Below the pieces are notes generated by a model that did no database searches, was not told where the DNA came from, and worked only from the letters and a program-made list of their open reading frames with translations. Position numbers and translations under genes: made by a program. From an uncultured delta proteobacterium (GTDB lineage: Bacteria > Desulfobacterota > Binatia > Binatales > Binataceae), in contig CAWJET010000002.1 in NCBI GenBank assembly GCA_963842085.1, forward strand, positions 1,504,001 through 1,568,000: a stretch of 64,000 nucleotides of DNA, written 5' to 3'. This document shows, in pieces, positions 20,433 through 32,272 of the stretch; position 1 is the stretch's first letter; the number at the start of each line of letters is the position of its first letter.

Positions 20433-22425
20433 ATGCTTGACCTGACAAACGAACGCCTTCGGATGGTCAGAGATCAAATTGCTGCTCGCGGAGTGCGCAA
20501 CGCTGCGGTGCTCGAGGCCATGCGACGCGTCCCGCGCGAGGCTTTCCTCCCCGATGAACTCGCCGAATTCGCTTACCAGGATACGCCCCTGCCGATCGCG
20601 GCCGGCCAGACCATTTCGCAGCCGTACATAGTCGCGCTCATGATCGAGAGCGTTGTGCCGCGCGCGGGCGATCGCGCCCTGGAGATCGGGACCGGCTCCG
20701 GATATGCGGCAGCCGTGCTTTCCGAAGTGGTGAGCGAGGTCTACACCATCGAGCGGCACGAGCAACTGGCCAAGCTGGCAACGAGACGCTTGGACACTCT
20801 GGGTTACTCGAAAGTCAAGGTTCTTCACGGCGACGGCACTCTGGGCTGGCCCGAGCATGCTCCGTACGACGTGATCATAGTGACTGCCGGCGGTCCGCAG
20901 GTGCCCAAGTCGTTGCTCGAACAACTGGCGATTGGCGGCCGGCTCATCATACCGGTGGGCGAGACCTCACGACTGCAACGCCTGGTTCGAGTCACCCGGA
21001 CCAGCCAGGACCAGTTCGATGACGAAGACCTGGGCGAAGTTCAATTCGTTCCATTGATTGGAGCAGAGGGATGGGACTCGGGCGTCGCCAGACGCGAGCG
21101 CCCGTCCACTCAACGCAGCCGTCCCGGGACGATCGCCAAGCTGATCCGCGAGACTGCCGCGCCCATCGCTGACATCGAGCAGACCGAACATCGACGGGTT
21201 GATGGAGCGGATCGGCGATGCGCGGGTCGTCCTGCTGGGCGAGGCAACTCACGGGACCTCGGAGTTCTACCGGATGCGTGCCCGAATCACCAAGGAACTG
21301 ATCTTGCGGCACGGTTTCAACTTCGTCGCGGTCGAGGCGGATTGGCCCGATGCCGCGCGAATCAACCAATACGTGCGCCATGCTCCGGCGCGGCAGGAAC
21401 AATGGAAGGCCTTCTCCCGGTTCCCGACCTGGATGTGGCGAAACCATGAGGCATTGGAACTGGTTGAGTGGCTGCGCGCCTGGAACGCGGAGACGCGGGA
21501 TCCCGAGCGGCGCGCGAGTTTCCACGGCCTGGACCTATATAGCCTGTTCACCTCGATCAATGCGGTTATCACCTATCTTAGCGGCGTCGATCCGGCGATG
21601 GCCGACGTCGCGCGGCGGCGGTACGCATGCCTTAGCCCTTGGGAACATGATCCCGCGGTTTACGGGCAAGCGGTTCTCAGCGGGCGCTATCGCGACTGCG
21701 AAGGCCCCGTTGTGGCGATGCTGAGCGACATGCTGAATCGGCGGATCGAATACTCCCAGCGCGATGGTGATCGCTTTTTCGACGCCGCGCAGAACGCGCG
21801 CCTGGTGGCTGCGGCGGAGCGCTATTACCGGGTGATGTATTACGGGTCCGTCGAGTCATGGAACCTGCGCGATCAGCACATGTTTGACACGCTCGAGCGT
21901 CTGCTGGATTTCCATGGTCCCGGCAGCAAGGGCATCGTCTGGGAGCACAACTCCCACGTTGGCGACGCAGCGGCTACCGAGATGGGCGCACGCGGCGAGC
22001 TTAACGTCGGACAATTATCCCGCGCACGATTTGCCGAGTCGGCATTCCTGGTCGGCTTCGGCACCGATCACGGCACCGTCGCGGCAGCGTCGAACTGGGA
22101 CGGACCGATGGAGATCAAACACGTACGGCCGTCTCACGAAGCTAGCTATGAACGGCTATGCCACGACTCCGAGGTCAAGGCTTTCATGTTGCATTTCAGA
22201 GACCCGGTGCGACAGGCGGTGCGCGACGAACTGGAAGCCGCGCGTCTCGAACGCGCAATCGGCGTCATCTATCGACCCGAATCCGAACTCCAGAGCCATT
22301 ATTTCCAGGCTTGCTTGCCCCGACAGTTCGACGAGTACATCTGGTTCGATGAAACCCGCGCGGTCTCGCCTCTTCCATCGGTCGCAGCACCTGGCGTCCC
22401 GGAGACTTATCCGTTCGGCGTTTGA
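20433..22425 (+). pseudogene. pcm: Protein-L-isoaspartate O-methyltransferase / erythromycin esterase fusion, split by a +1 frameshift
   Basis: GQTISQPY, LEIGTGSGY, GWPEHAPYD; then LLGEATHGTSEFY, VEADWPDA, WEHNSHVGD. Removing one base near 21187 (ACC GAA C ATC GAC) fuses the ORFs; may be a sequencing error. Confidence 0.75.
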
Positions 22426-22445
22426 CTCTCCACGAGCGCTGCCGA

Positions 22446-23360
22446 ATGAAGAACGAAATGACCGCGCATGTCAGAAAGGTATTGAGCAAGCTCGACTGGA
22501 TGCGCGAACATCGCATCTGGCCCAACGGCATGCGATACCTGTGGACCGACGCTTTCGGCGTCGTTCTGCTGGTTTCGCTCTACCACGAACTCAAGCAGAA
22601 AAAGTTCCTGGATGAAGCTCAGCGGGTCGTCGCGGACGTCGAGCGCGTGCTCCGACGCCGGCGCGGTTTTCGAATCGGGCAAGCTGCGGATCGCGATGGC
22701 CAGTATTTTCACTATCTGGCGATGTGGGTGTTCGCGCTAACGCGCCTGGGCAGGGTAATTCCTGAATATCGCGCGAAAGCGCTTCAACTGGTGAAGGACA
22801 TCCAACCGGCTTTCCTGATTCCCGGCCGCGGCGTCCACTGGAAAATGCTCGAAGATTTAAGCGCTCCCTACCCCGGTTTCGGACTCGGTTCGCTCGATCC
22901 GTTCCATGGATACGTCGTTTATCGGCTGCTTGATGAAGATGCGCTCGCAGACGAAATCCGGCAGATGAAAACCATCGTCGAACGAAGCTACGAAAACCTA
23001 ATAATCAACCAGGACCTGGGCCTCGGGATGATGCTATGGATGACGTCCTTCTTTCCGGAAGAACGTTGGGCACGAGTTCAGCGCGAGCGGAGTCTCGCGA
23101 TACTCGACCAAATGTGGATTGAGCCGCCGGGCTATTTCTGCCGTGAACTGGGAGCGCCTTCGGTCAAATTTGCGTTCACCAACTTCGGCGTCTCTCTCGG
23201 CCTGCAGGCCGCCGAGGCGTGGCCGGAGCGCGTCGCGCGATTGAACTCGTTTTTCGAAACCTACCGATCAGGAGACGAATACGATACTGAGGCGATCACG
23301 CACGTGATGGCATGCGTCTCGTCCTTTCCGGGCGAGTTCATCCCTGCACCGAAAAGTTAG
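22446..23360 (+). CDS. Conserved protein of unknown function (RYLWTDAFG / DRDGQYFHYL family)
   Basis: About 304 aa open frame between same-strand genes; conserved-looking acidic and aromatic motifs. Confidence 0.75.
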   Translation: MKNEMTAHVRKVLSKLDWMREHRIWPNGMRYLWTDAFGVVLLVSLYHELKQKKFLDEAQRVVADVERVLRRRRGFRIGQAADRDGQYFHYLAMWVFALTRLGRVIPEYRAKALQLVKDIQPAFLIPGRGVHWKMLEDLSAPYPGFGLGSLDPFHGYVVYRLLDEDALADEIRQMKTIVERSYENLIINQDLGLGMMLWMTSFFPEERWARVQRERSLAILDQMWIEPPGYFCRELGAPSVKFAFTNFGVSLGLQAAEAWPERVARLNSFFETYRSGDEYDTEAITHVMACVSSFPGEFIPAPKS

Positions 23361-23456
23361 CGCCCACAAGAGCTTGGGGCGAGATCAAATGGGCGACGCG
23401 GCCTGCTGAACGTGCGACAATCTCGAAGACGAGCAGGTCCTCAGTCTGCGGCGTAA

Positions 23457-24950
<1,494 letters not shown>

Positions 24951-24954
24951 TTCG

Positions 24955-25377
24955 GTGAGGCTGATCGTCACAACACCCACCGCGATCGCGGTCAATGAAG
25001 ATTCCGTTGGCTACGTTCGCGCAGAAGATCAAAGCGGCGCCTTTGGGATCGAATCCGGCCATGCGGAATTTCTCACCACCCTTTCGATCTGCGTCGTGAG
25101 ATGGCGCAACGGCGCAAGCGATCACTACGTCGCCGTGCGCGGCGGAGTGCTGCGGGTACGCGAAGGCAAGGTCGTGGAGATAGCTACCCGCGAGGCGGTC
25201 GTCAGCGATGACCTCGAACATTTGCGCCGCGAGATCCTCACCTCTATGGCGCAGAAGGTCGAGGCCGAACGCTCGGCCCGAGCGGGAGCCCTCGGCCTGG
25301 AACAGGCCGCAATTCGGCAAATCTATCGCTACCTGCGGCCGGCGGATCGGCCGTTGAAAGCCGAGCAGATGAAATAA
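24955..25377 (+). CDS. atpC: N-ATPase epsilon subunit
   Basis: GTG start; RAEDQSGAFGIESGHAEFLT, VAVRGGVL; position after atpD. Confidence 0.9.
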   Translation: MRLIVTTPTAIAVNEDSVGYVRAEDQSGAFGIESGHAEFLTTLSICVVRWRNGASDHYVAVRGGVLRVREGKVVEIATREAVVSDDLEHLRREILTSMAQKVEAERSARAGALGLEQAAIRQIYRYLRPADRPLKAEQMK

Positions 25378-25392
25378 CCGCGCGGGCTAATC

Positions 25393-25701
25393 GTGGCAAC
25401 CGGGCAAGGACACGACGATCGCGAGTTGAGGACCGACGAACGCGAAATGGAAGAAGCCGTTAAGCGGGCGAATAGCCTGCGCGAGCACTGGCTGAGGACC
25501 GGAGAATGGCCGATGGGCCGCGCGCTCGCGATGATGGGCCGCTTCGGGTGGACGATCGTCGCGCCGATTCTCATCGGGGCCTTCGTGGGACGATGGCTCG
25601 ATCGCACCTTCGATAGCGGCGTGTTCTGGAGCGCGGCGCTGGTCTTTCTTGGCGCCGCATTCGGCTACTGGGCGGTTTGGAAAAGGATGAACAACGAATG
25701 A
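25393..25701 (+). CDS. atpQ: N-ATPase AtpQ (AtpZ/AtpI-like)
   Basis: GWTIVAPILIGAFVGRWLD two-TM protein at canonical position. Confidence 0.85.
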   Translation: MATGQGHDDRELRTDEREMEEAVKRANSLREHWLRTGEWPMGRALAMMGRFGWTIVAPILIGAFVGRWLDRTFDSGVFWSAALVFLGAAFGYWAVWKRMNNE

Positions 25702-25985
25702 TCGAAATAGTCGCCCTGCGTATAGTGCCTTATGCGGCGGTTGGCGCTTTGATCGGCGCGGCTTATTTCGCCGCGCTCGGATGGAACGTCCAGCTTTACG
25801 CTGAGAATGGAGCCGGATGGAACGCGTTGCTGCTGCACCTCGCGCGCGTTGTCGTCGCCGTCGCGGCCTTCACGCTCTGCGCCAGGCAGGGCGCCGCCCC
25901 CTTGCTCGCGAGCTTCGGCGGGTTCCTCATCATCCGGACGATCTCAGTCAATCGCTACCGGCTCGCGCTCGAGAGGCAGCCATGA
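25698..25985 (+). CDS. atpR: N-ATPase subunit AtpR
   Basis: Three-TM protein (GAAYFAALGW..LAR..GFLIIR); ATGA overlaps on both sides. Confidence 0.8.
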   Translation: MIEIVALRIVPYAAVGALIGAAYFAALGWNVQLYAENGAGWNALLLHLARVVVAVAAFTLCARQGAAPLLASFGGFLIIRTISVNRYRLALERQP

Positions 25986-26650
25986 GCCATTCGCCGCTCG
26001 AGAACGTCATCCTGTTTCACATCAGCATGGTTCCTGTCAGCCGCACCGTCGTAACCACCTGGGGGTTGATAGCGGCGCTGACCGTCGCAAGCTGGCTCGT
26101 CACGCGGAGGTTTCGCGTTGACGCCGGTGGATGGCAGGCGATGATCGAAACGGTTGTACTCGGAATCGAAGAGCAGATAGCCGCGCTGCTGAACCGCGAC
26201 GCGGCCCCGTTCTTGCCGCTGCTCGGAACGCTGTTCATCTTTCTGGTAGTAGCTAACCTTTGCGGCCTCGTGCCCGGAGTCAGGGCGCCGACCGCGTCGA
26301 TCGAAACCCCGGCCGCGCTCGCAGTGATAGTTTTCCTGTCCGTGCACTTCTACGGCGTACGCATTCAAGGGCTCGGCGCGTACTTGAAAGGTTATCTCAG
26401 GCCGAATCCGGTTATGCTGCCGTTCAATATCCTGTCCGAGCTGACGCGATCGTTTTCGCTGGCGATGCGCCTGTTCGGGAATATCATGAGCGAGGAGCTG
26501 GTGGTTGCGATCGTTCTGGCGCTGGCGGGTTTGCTGGTGCCGATTCCGTTCATGGCGTTCGGAATTCTGGTGGGCCTGGTGCAGGCCTACATATTCAGCG
26601 TCCTGGCCGCCGTCTATATCGGCGGCGGCATCGGAGCAATCGAGAAATGA
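25982..26650 (+). CDS. atpB: N-ATPase a subunit
   Basis: SLAMRLFGNIMS, GLVQAYIFSVLAAVYI. Confidence 0.95.
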   Translation: MSHSPLENVILFHISMVPVSRTVVTTWGLIAALTVASWLVTRRFRVDAGGWQAMIETVVLGIEEQIAALLNRDAAPFLPLLGTLFIFLVVANLCGLVPGVRAPTASIETPAALAVIVFLSVHFYGVRIQGLGAYLKGYLRPNPVMLPFNILSELTRSFSLAMRLFGNIMSEELVVAIVLALAGLLVPIPFMAFGILVGLVQAYIFSVLAAVYIGGGIGAIEK

Positions 26651-26666
26651 TGGAGGACGAAAGTAG

Positions 26667-26909
26667 ATGACGGTTCAAATGCTCAGCATAATCGGCGCGG
26701 TGGTCGCGGTCGCCGTCGGCTCAATCTCGCCGGCGCTCGCCGAAGGCCGCGCGATCACGGCCGCGATGGAAGGTATCGCGCGGCAGCCCGAGGCGGCGGG
26801 CTCGTTGTCGCGTACCCTGTTCGTTGGCCTGGCGATGATCGAGACGATGGCGATCTACTGCCTGGTCGTCGCCCTGCTGCTGCTTTTTGCCAATCCTTTC
26901 GCGCGATGA
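26667..26909 (+). CDS. atpE: N-ATPase c subunit
   Basis: [23 protein letters not shown]. Confidence 0.96.
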   Translation: MTVQMLSIIGAVVAVAVGSISPALAEGRAITAAMEGIARQPEAAGSLSRTLFVGLAMIETMAIYCLVVALLLLFANPFAR

Positions 26910-27658
26910 ATTTCAGTTGGTGGACTTTCGCGCTGCAGGCGGTCAATTTTCTCATCCTGGTCTGGCTGCTCAGGCGCTTTCTGTTCAAACCGGTCAGTGC
27001 GATCGTCGCCCGGCGCAAGGAGGAGATTGCGCGGGGCATGACAGAGGTATCGGCTGAAAAACAAAAAGCCCTGGCTCTACAGCGCGACCTTCAGGCGCAG
27101 CGGGCGGGAATCGAGGCGGAGCGACAAAAGGCGCTCGAAGAGCAGCGCGCGCAACTGGCCGCCGAACGCAAGAAAATGCTCGACGAGGCCCGCGCCGAAG
27201 TCGAGAAAATCCGTAATCAGGCGACCGCGCAGCTCACCGAAGAACGTGCCGCCGCCGCGCAGGAGCTTTTTTCCCGGACGATCGAGCTCGCCCTGAACCT
27301 CGCGCAGCGGCTGCTTGGCGAGCTGCCCCTGCCTTCGATCGAGCGTGCGTTCCTCACCCGAGTCCTGGGCTATCTGGACCGCCTGCCGGCGACGGAGCGG
27401 GCCGCGCTCGTCCCGCATCCGGGTGAGACCTCGATCGTGGTCACGACCGCTCATCCGCTCGACGCGCGCGAAGAGGCGGAATGGCGCGAACAACTCGCCA
27501 ACCGGATCGGAGCCGCCGCCGGAATCAGGTTCAACGCCGATCCGGCGCTCATCGCCGGCGCCCAAATCACCTTCCCGAACGCAATTCTCCGCTTCAACTG
27601 GCGCGATGCCCTGACCCTCGCCGCCAGCGAGATCAATCGCAATGAGCACGCTGGCTGA
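26906..27658 (+). CDS. atpF: N-ATPase b subunit with delta-like C-terminal extension
   Basis: [25 protein letters not shown], coiled coil, DPALIAG. Confidence 0.92.
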   Translation: MNFSWWTFALQAVNFLILVWLLRRFLFKPVSAIVARRKEEIARGMTEVSAEKQKALALQRDLQAQRAGIEAERQKALEEQRAQLAAERKKMLDEARAEVEKIRNQATAQLTEERAAAAQELFSRTIELALNLAQRLLGELPLPSIERAFLTRVLGYLDRLPATERAALVPHPGETSIVVTTAHPLDAREEAEWREQLANRIGAAAGIRFNADPALIAGAQITFPNAILRFNWRDALTLAASEINRNEHAG

Positions 27659-29198
27659 ATCCGTAAAGGATCGCCTCAGCAGGGCGAGCGGGCTTGTTGG
27701 TCAGCTCAAGACCGAGCCGCGGCTCGACATTATCGGCCGCGTCGAACGAATCGGCGACAACGTCGCCAGCGTCCGCGGCCTGCCGGAAGCGCGGCTCGGC
27801 GAACTGCTGCTCTTCGAACGATCGGACGGCGGAGAGCCGGTCGTCGGAATCGTGCTGACGCTCGACCCCGATCTGATCGGATGCGCGATGCTTGGCGACG
27901 ACAGCAGCATCAGGGCGGGCAACCTGGTCCGCGCAACCGGTTCAGTCGCAAGTGTGCCGGTCGGCGACAAGCTGCTGGGCCGGATCGTGAACGCACTCGG
28001 AGTTCCGATGGACGGCGGCGCGGAGATCGAGGCAGCCGCAATCGAGCCGGTCGAACGGGCGGCGCCCGCGATCGTCGATCGCGATTTCATCAACACCGCG
28101 CTCAACACCGGCCTGCTCGTCATCGATGCGATGTTGCCGCTCGGCCGCGGCCAGCGCGAACTGATCATCGGCGATCGCGAGACCGGAAAGACCGCGATCG
28201 TGGTCGACACGATGATCAATCAACGCGATACCGACGTGGTTTGTGTCTACTGCGCGGTCGGGCAGAAGACCTCCTCGGTGAGCCAGGTGATCGATGCGGT
28301 CAAGCGTTACGGCGCGCCGGAGCGATGCATCTTCGTATTCGCGCCCTCGGACGATCCGCCTGGAATCCAATGGCTGGCGCCGTATGCCGCCTGTACCATG
28401 GCCGAGTATTTCTCGGAGCGCGGCGGCAATGCGCTCCTGATCATCGACGACCTGAGCAAGCACGCTGTGATCTATCGGCAGTTGTCGCTGCTGTTACGAA
28501 ATCCGCCGGGACGTGAAGCGTATCCGGGCGACATCTTCTATATCCATTCGCGGCTGCTCGAACGCGCGGCCAAGCTCAACCGCGAGCGCGGCGGCGGGTC
28601 GCTGACCGCGCTGCCGCTGGCCGCGACCGAGGAAGGCAATCTGTCCGCTTACATACCAACCAATCTGATTTCGATCACCGACGGACAGATCGTTCTCGAG
28701 CCACGGCTGTTTCACGAAGGGCAAAAGCCCGCCGTCAATGTCGGCAAGAGCGTGTCGCGCGTTGGGGGCAAGACGCAGTCGCATGCGATGCGCAAACTGG
28801 CCGAAAATCTCCGCCTCGAATACACGCAGTTCCTCGAACTGGAAATCTTCACCCGCTTCGGCGGGATGGTGGATGAGCGCACGCGCGGCATAATCGAGCA
28901 CGGACGCCGAATCCGTGCGGTCCTGACCCAGCCGCAATTCGCCCCGCTGTCGGTCGCGCATCAGGTGGCGTTGCTGGTGGCAATCAACGACCGAATACTC
29001 GACCGGCTGACCCTCGACAAAGTGAGCCAGCTCCAGTCAAAACTCGGCGCCTGGCTGAACCAGCATGCCGCGGAAGCCGTGCGGCGGATCAACGCAGCCG
29101 GAGAATTGGAGCCGGATACGCGCGCGGCGCTCGTCGCGGCCGTCGGCGGGCTGGTGGAACGATTGAAGCAACCGGACGCCGCCCCGCTTAAGCGATAG
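27642..29198 (+). CDS. atpA: N-ATPase alpha subunit
   Basis: GRGQRELIIGDRETGKT, PGREAYPGDIFY, ISITDGQI. Confidence 0.96.
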   Translation: MSTLAESVKDRLSRASGLVGQLKTEPRLDIIGRVERIGDNVASVRGLPEARLGELLLFERSDGGEPVVGIVLTLDPDLIGCAMLGDDSSIRAGNLVRATGSVASVPVGDKLLGRIVNALGVPMDGGAEIEAAAIEPVERAAPAIVDRDFINTALNTGLLVIDAMLPLGRGQRELIIGDRETGKTAIVVDTMINQRDTDVVCVYCAVGQKTSSVSQVIDAVKRYGAPERCIFVFAPSDDPPGIQWLAPYAACTMAEYFSERGGNALLIIDDLSKHAVIYRQLSLLLRNPPGREAYPGDIFYIHSRLLERAAKLNRERGGGSLTALPLAATEEGNLSAYIPTNLISITDGQIVLEPRLFHEGQKPAVNVGKSVSRVGGKTQSHAMRKLAENLRLEYTQFLELEIFTRFGGMVDERTRGIIEHGRRIRAVLTQPQFAPLSVAHQVALLVAINDRILDRLTLDKVSQLQSKLGAWLNQHAAEAVRRINAAGELEPDTRAALVAAVGGLVERLKQPDAAPLKR

Positions 29199-29202
29199 CT
29201 TG

Positions 29203-30069
29203 ATGGCGCAGGAACGCGAAACCGCTACTCGAATCGCCTCGCTTAACGAGCTGCTCGAGATAGTTACGGCGATTCGGGCGATGGCCGCATCGCAGATGCA
29301 GCAGGCGCTCAGATCGCTCGAAGCAATTCGCGGCTACTCCGGCCAGATTCGCGAGGCCTTGGCCCAGGCCGCAACTCTGCTGCCGCCCACAAGCGCGATC
29401 GAAGCTGCTGCGCGACCGGAAAAATCCGGACTGGTCGTGTTCTGCGCTGAGCACGGCCTGTGCGGAGGCTTCAATGAGCATCCGTTGCGAGAAGCCGAAC
29501 GCGCCAAAGCGGCAAGCGGCGGCGGCGGCGGGCTTGTGCTTATCGTAATCGGAACCCGCGGCGCTCAGATCTGTCGCGAACGCGGATTAAGTCCGGACCT
29601 GGTGCTGCCGATGGCGACTCATTGCGCCGGAGTCACCGGCGCTGCGCGCCGTGTCGCGGCGGAACTGTATCGGATGTTCAGCGCGCGCCGCATCGCCGGC
29701 GTCGAGGTGGTCTACGCGCAGCACGCCGGGGCACAGTTCCCGAGCATCGAGCGCCATCGCCTGCTACCGCTCGAGATGCCGGTTGTGCAGAAAGCATTCA
29801 CCCGGTTGCCGCCGCTGATCAACCTCCGCCCGCAGAGTCTCTTCGACGACATAGTGGGCGAGTATTTCTTCGCCACACTCGAGAACGCCGCGATGCAATC
29901 ATTCTTCAGCGAGAACTCGACTCGCTTCCGCACCATGGAAGCCGCGCATCAGAACATCCAGAACAAATCCAGCGAGCTTACCAAGCTGATGCAACGCCTC
30001 CGCCAGAATTCCGTAACCACTGAAATTCTCGACCTGATCAGCGGCTCCGCCGCGTTAGCCTCACGCTGA
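29203..30069 (+). CDS. atpG: N-ATPase gamma subunit
   Basis: AEHGLCGGFN, SENSTRFRTM, RLRQNSVTTEILDL. Confidence 0.93.
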   Translation: MAQERETATRIASLNELLEIVTAIRAMAASQMQQALRSLEAIRGYSGQIREALAQAATLLPPTSAIEAAARPEKSGLVVFCAEHGLCGGFNEHPLREAERAKAASGGGGGLVLIVIGTRGAQICRERGLSPDLVLPMATHCAGVTGAARRVAAELYRMFSARRIAGVEVVYAQHAGAQFPSIERHRLLPLEMPVVQKAFTRLPPLINLRPQSLFDDIVGEYFFATLENAAMQSFFSENSTRFRTMEAAHQNIQNKSSELTKLMQRLRQNSVTTEILDLISGSAALASR

Positions 30070-30104
30070 AACTCCCGCAGCGCCAGGACCGGCGTGCTGG
30101 CGAA

Positions 30105-30302
30105 TCAGGACGGAAACCTGTTCAGGCGCAACGAGACTTCGTCGAGGGTCGAGAAGCTGTTTGTACGCGGCCGCCGGGGGCCGAGAAGATGCTCGTTGCG
30201 ATCCAGAAATTCGAGCAACGCCCTCTTGACGTAATGATTCCGCTTGTGCCCCGTTTCGAGCGCGAGGTTCTCAAGGCGTCGGATCGCTTCCTTCTTCGTC
30301 AT
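30105..30302 (-). CDS. Small ribbon-helix-helix / antitoxin-like protein
   Basis: 65 aa; RRLENLALETGHKRNHYVKRALLEFLD. Confidence 0.5.
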   Translation of the reverse strand: MTKKEAIRRLENLALETGHKRNHYVKRALLEFLDRNEHLLGPRRPRTNSFSTLDEVSLRLNRFPS

Positions 30303-30449
30303 CTGGCGACGATCATAGAGAATGGAACATTGAGTGCGAAGTCCTGAGCGCCTCTTCTTGTGAACAAACCAACCGATCTGTGGATAAAAGAGCGCCGGCG
30401 AGTTCGGTGGCTCGGGTGGCGCGGCCAATGAATGACTGAGAGGACTGGA

Positions 30450-30863
30450 TTATTTCTCCTGAAGCGATTCGATGTAGTCGACCAGCGCGGAAACTCGGCA
30501 CTTTACATTTGCTTCACTCTCAGTGCTGTATTCCTGGCCTTTCAACTGGAAAACCATTCCCCACAGTGGCATCGGACTGTTCCAATCCTGATGCTCAGGA
30601 AGCCGCTTCCCACCGTCGATTACGTCGTAGACATACTGACGCGGAAACTCTCCGTTGTGATTCTTGCTGATCCGTGTGAGGTCCCGAGCGTGGTATCCCG
30701 CAACCTCGCCAGCGTCGGGCCCATTGCCCTTGCCGTCGTTACCGTGACAACGCGCGCAGTAGCGCAGGTAGTCCGTCCTGGCGGACGATTCGGCGGCGAA
30801 GACGCTTCGCGCGCAGAGCAGAAGCAGGATCACCAGCAAAGATCTGACGGCGTCTTTTGTCAT
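30450..30863 (-). CDS. Periplasmic monoheme cytochrome c
   Basis: Signal peptide, CARCHG heme motif, GKGNGP, distal MPLWG. Confidence 0.88.
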   Translation of the reverse strand: MTKDAVRSLLVILLLLCARSVFAAESSARTDYLRYCARCHGNDGKGNGPDAGEVAGYHARDLTRISKNHNGEFPRQYVYDVIDGGKRLPEHQDWNSPMPLWGMVFQLKGQEYSTESEANVKCRVSALVDYIESLQEK

Positions 30864-31226
30864 CCGCGTTAAGAAACAAACCGCATGCTGGTTCACGGGC
30901 ACTTCTCCCCTCCGGTGGCGGGGGCTATCCCCCGGGTGGCCACGGTCTCGAGCGTTTCCGGCCGCAGCATTGACCCGGTCTTCGGCGCTGCGATGCACGA
31001 GGTCGACATGATCGAGTTATGCCAAGGCAAAAAGCAAACGCGCGTTTACTAGCGTCCCGCTCTTCAGCGCCTGTTGGAAGATATCCGCTCCAGATTTGAA
31101 GAGGTGCGCCCGAGCACAGGCCGTCGGCGCGTCCGGGCGGCAAGGTGGATGGGTTGCCCAAGGATGGCCGGCTTGTGCCCAGCGCCTGAGTGCGCTAGTC
31201 CCGCAAATTGGTCAAGGAGATCTGCT

Positions 31227-32060
31227 ATGAGCGAAATGAGCGAAGCGAATCGGAAGGAGACGCGGGAATTCAAGACTATCAAGGTCGAGGTCGAGGGACC
31301 TCTCGGGAGACTCGTCCTGAACCGGCCCGAGCGGCTCAACGCGGTCAACGCAACAGTGCTTCTGGAGCTGGCCGAGGCGGCGCGATGGTTCGACGCGCAT
31401 CGCGAGCTTCGAGTAGTGATCGTAAGCGGCGCGGGGCGGGCGTTTTGCGCGGGGGCCGACCTGAAGGATTCGCCCGCCGGCGAGGGCTTTGCAGGTTCGG
31501 GCAAGAGCTGGCTCTACCGGCGCGAGGTCGGGCAGTATGGGCTTCGCGCGGCGGACGCGCTCGAGCAGATGCGCGCGGTCACGATCGCGCAGGTCCACGG
31601 TCACGCGGTCGGCGGCGGCCTCGTGCTGACTGCGGTGTGCGATCTGCGGGTCGCGGCCGACGACACGGTCTTTTTCATTCCCGAGGTAGATATCGGGCTT
31701 CCGCTCGCGTGGGGCGGAATTCCGAGGCTGGTGCGTGAGATCGGCCCCGCGATGACCAAGGAACTCGTCATGACGTGCAGGCGCTTCAGCGCCGGTGAAG
31801 CGAAGGCGATCGGATTCCTCAACCGCGTCGTTGCACCCTCGCGGCTCGAGACCGAGGTCAACCAGCTTGCCGCCGAGTTGATTGCGAAGCCGTCGGTTCC
31901 ACTCGTCGTCACCAAGGATCACGTCAACGCGGTCACGCGCGCGATGGGCGCCGGCCTTACGCCGTTTGCTGACGGCGACGTGTTGCTTGCGGCCGCGGCC
32001 GACGAGGAATCGCGAGCCTCCGCACGCGCCTACATGGAAGCGACATTCGCGAAGAAGTGA
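31227..32060 (+). CDS. Enoyl-CoA hydratase/isomerase family protein
   Basis: LNRPERLNA, AFCAGADL, HAVGGG, PEVDIG; AAGGAG RBS. Confidence 0.92.
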   Translation: MSEMSEANRKETREFKTIKVEVEGPLGRLVLNRPERLNAVNATVLLELAEAARWFDAHRELRVVIVSGAGRAFCAGADLKDSPAGEGFAGSGKSWLYRREVGQYGLRAADALEQMRAVTIAQVHGHAVGGGLVLTAVCDLRVAADDTVFFIPEVDIGLPLAWGGIPRLVREIGPAMTKELVMTCRRFSAGEAKAIGFLNRVVAPSRLETEVNQLAAELIAKPSVPLVVTKDHVNAVTRAMGAGLTPFADGDVLLAAAADEESRASARAYMEATFAKK

Positions 32061-32061
32061 C

Positions 32062-32260
32062 TCGCAACCGCTGATAAAAGCCGTCGTGTTCGATCTTCCG
32101 AGCGTCGCCGTGGTCGCAAACGAGTATATCGCGCAGTGCGGATTCTCCGGCCGGATCAATGCGGTCGGCGGCGATTTTCACAAAGGATCCGTTTCCGGCC
32201 AGTGCCGACGTCGTGATCATGGCGAGCAATCTGCCCCAGTAGAGCCCGGACATCATCCGC
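32062..32260 (+). pseudogene. O-methyltransferase internal fragment
   Basis: AVVFDLPSVAVVANEYIA..RINAVGGDF, frameshift, DPFPASADVVIMASNLPQ*; no start codon. Confidence 0.6.
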
Positions 32261-32272
32261 CCGGTGGAAGGA

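Noticed and set aside
21199-22425. Macrolide resistance gene
   Set aside because: Erythromycin-esterase-family domains fused to Pcm are widespread and not shown to confer resistance
30105-30302. Toxin-antitoxin pair
   Set aside because: No adjacent toxin ORF; only a lone RHH-like gene
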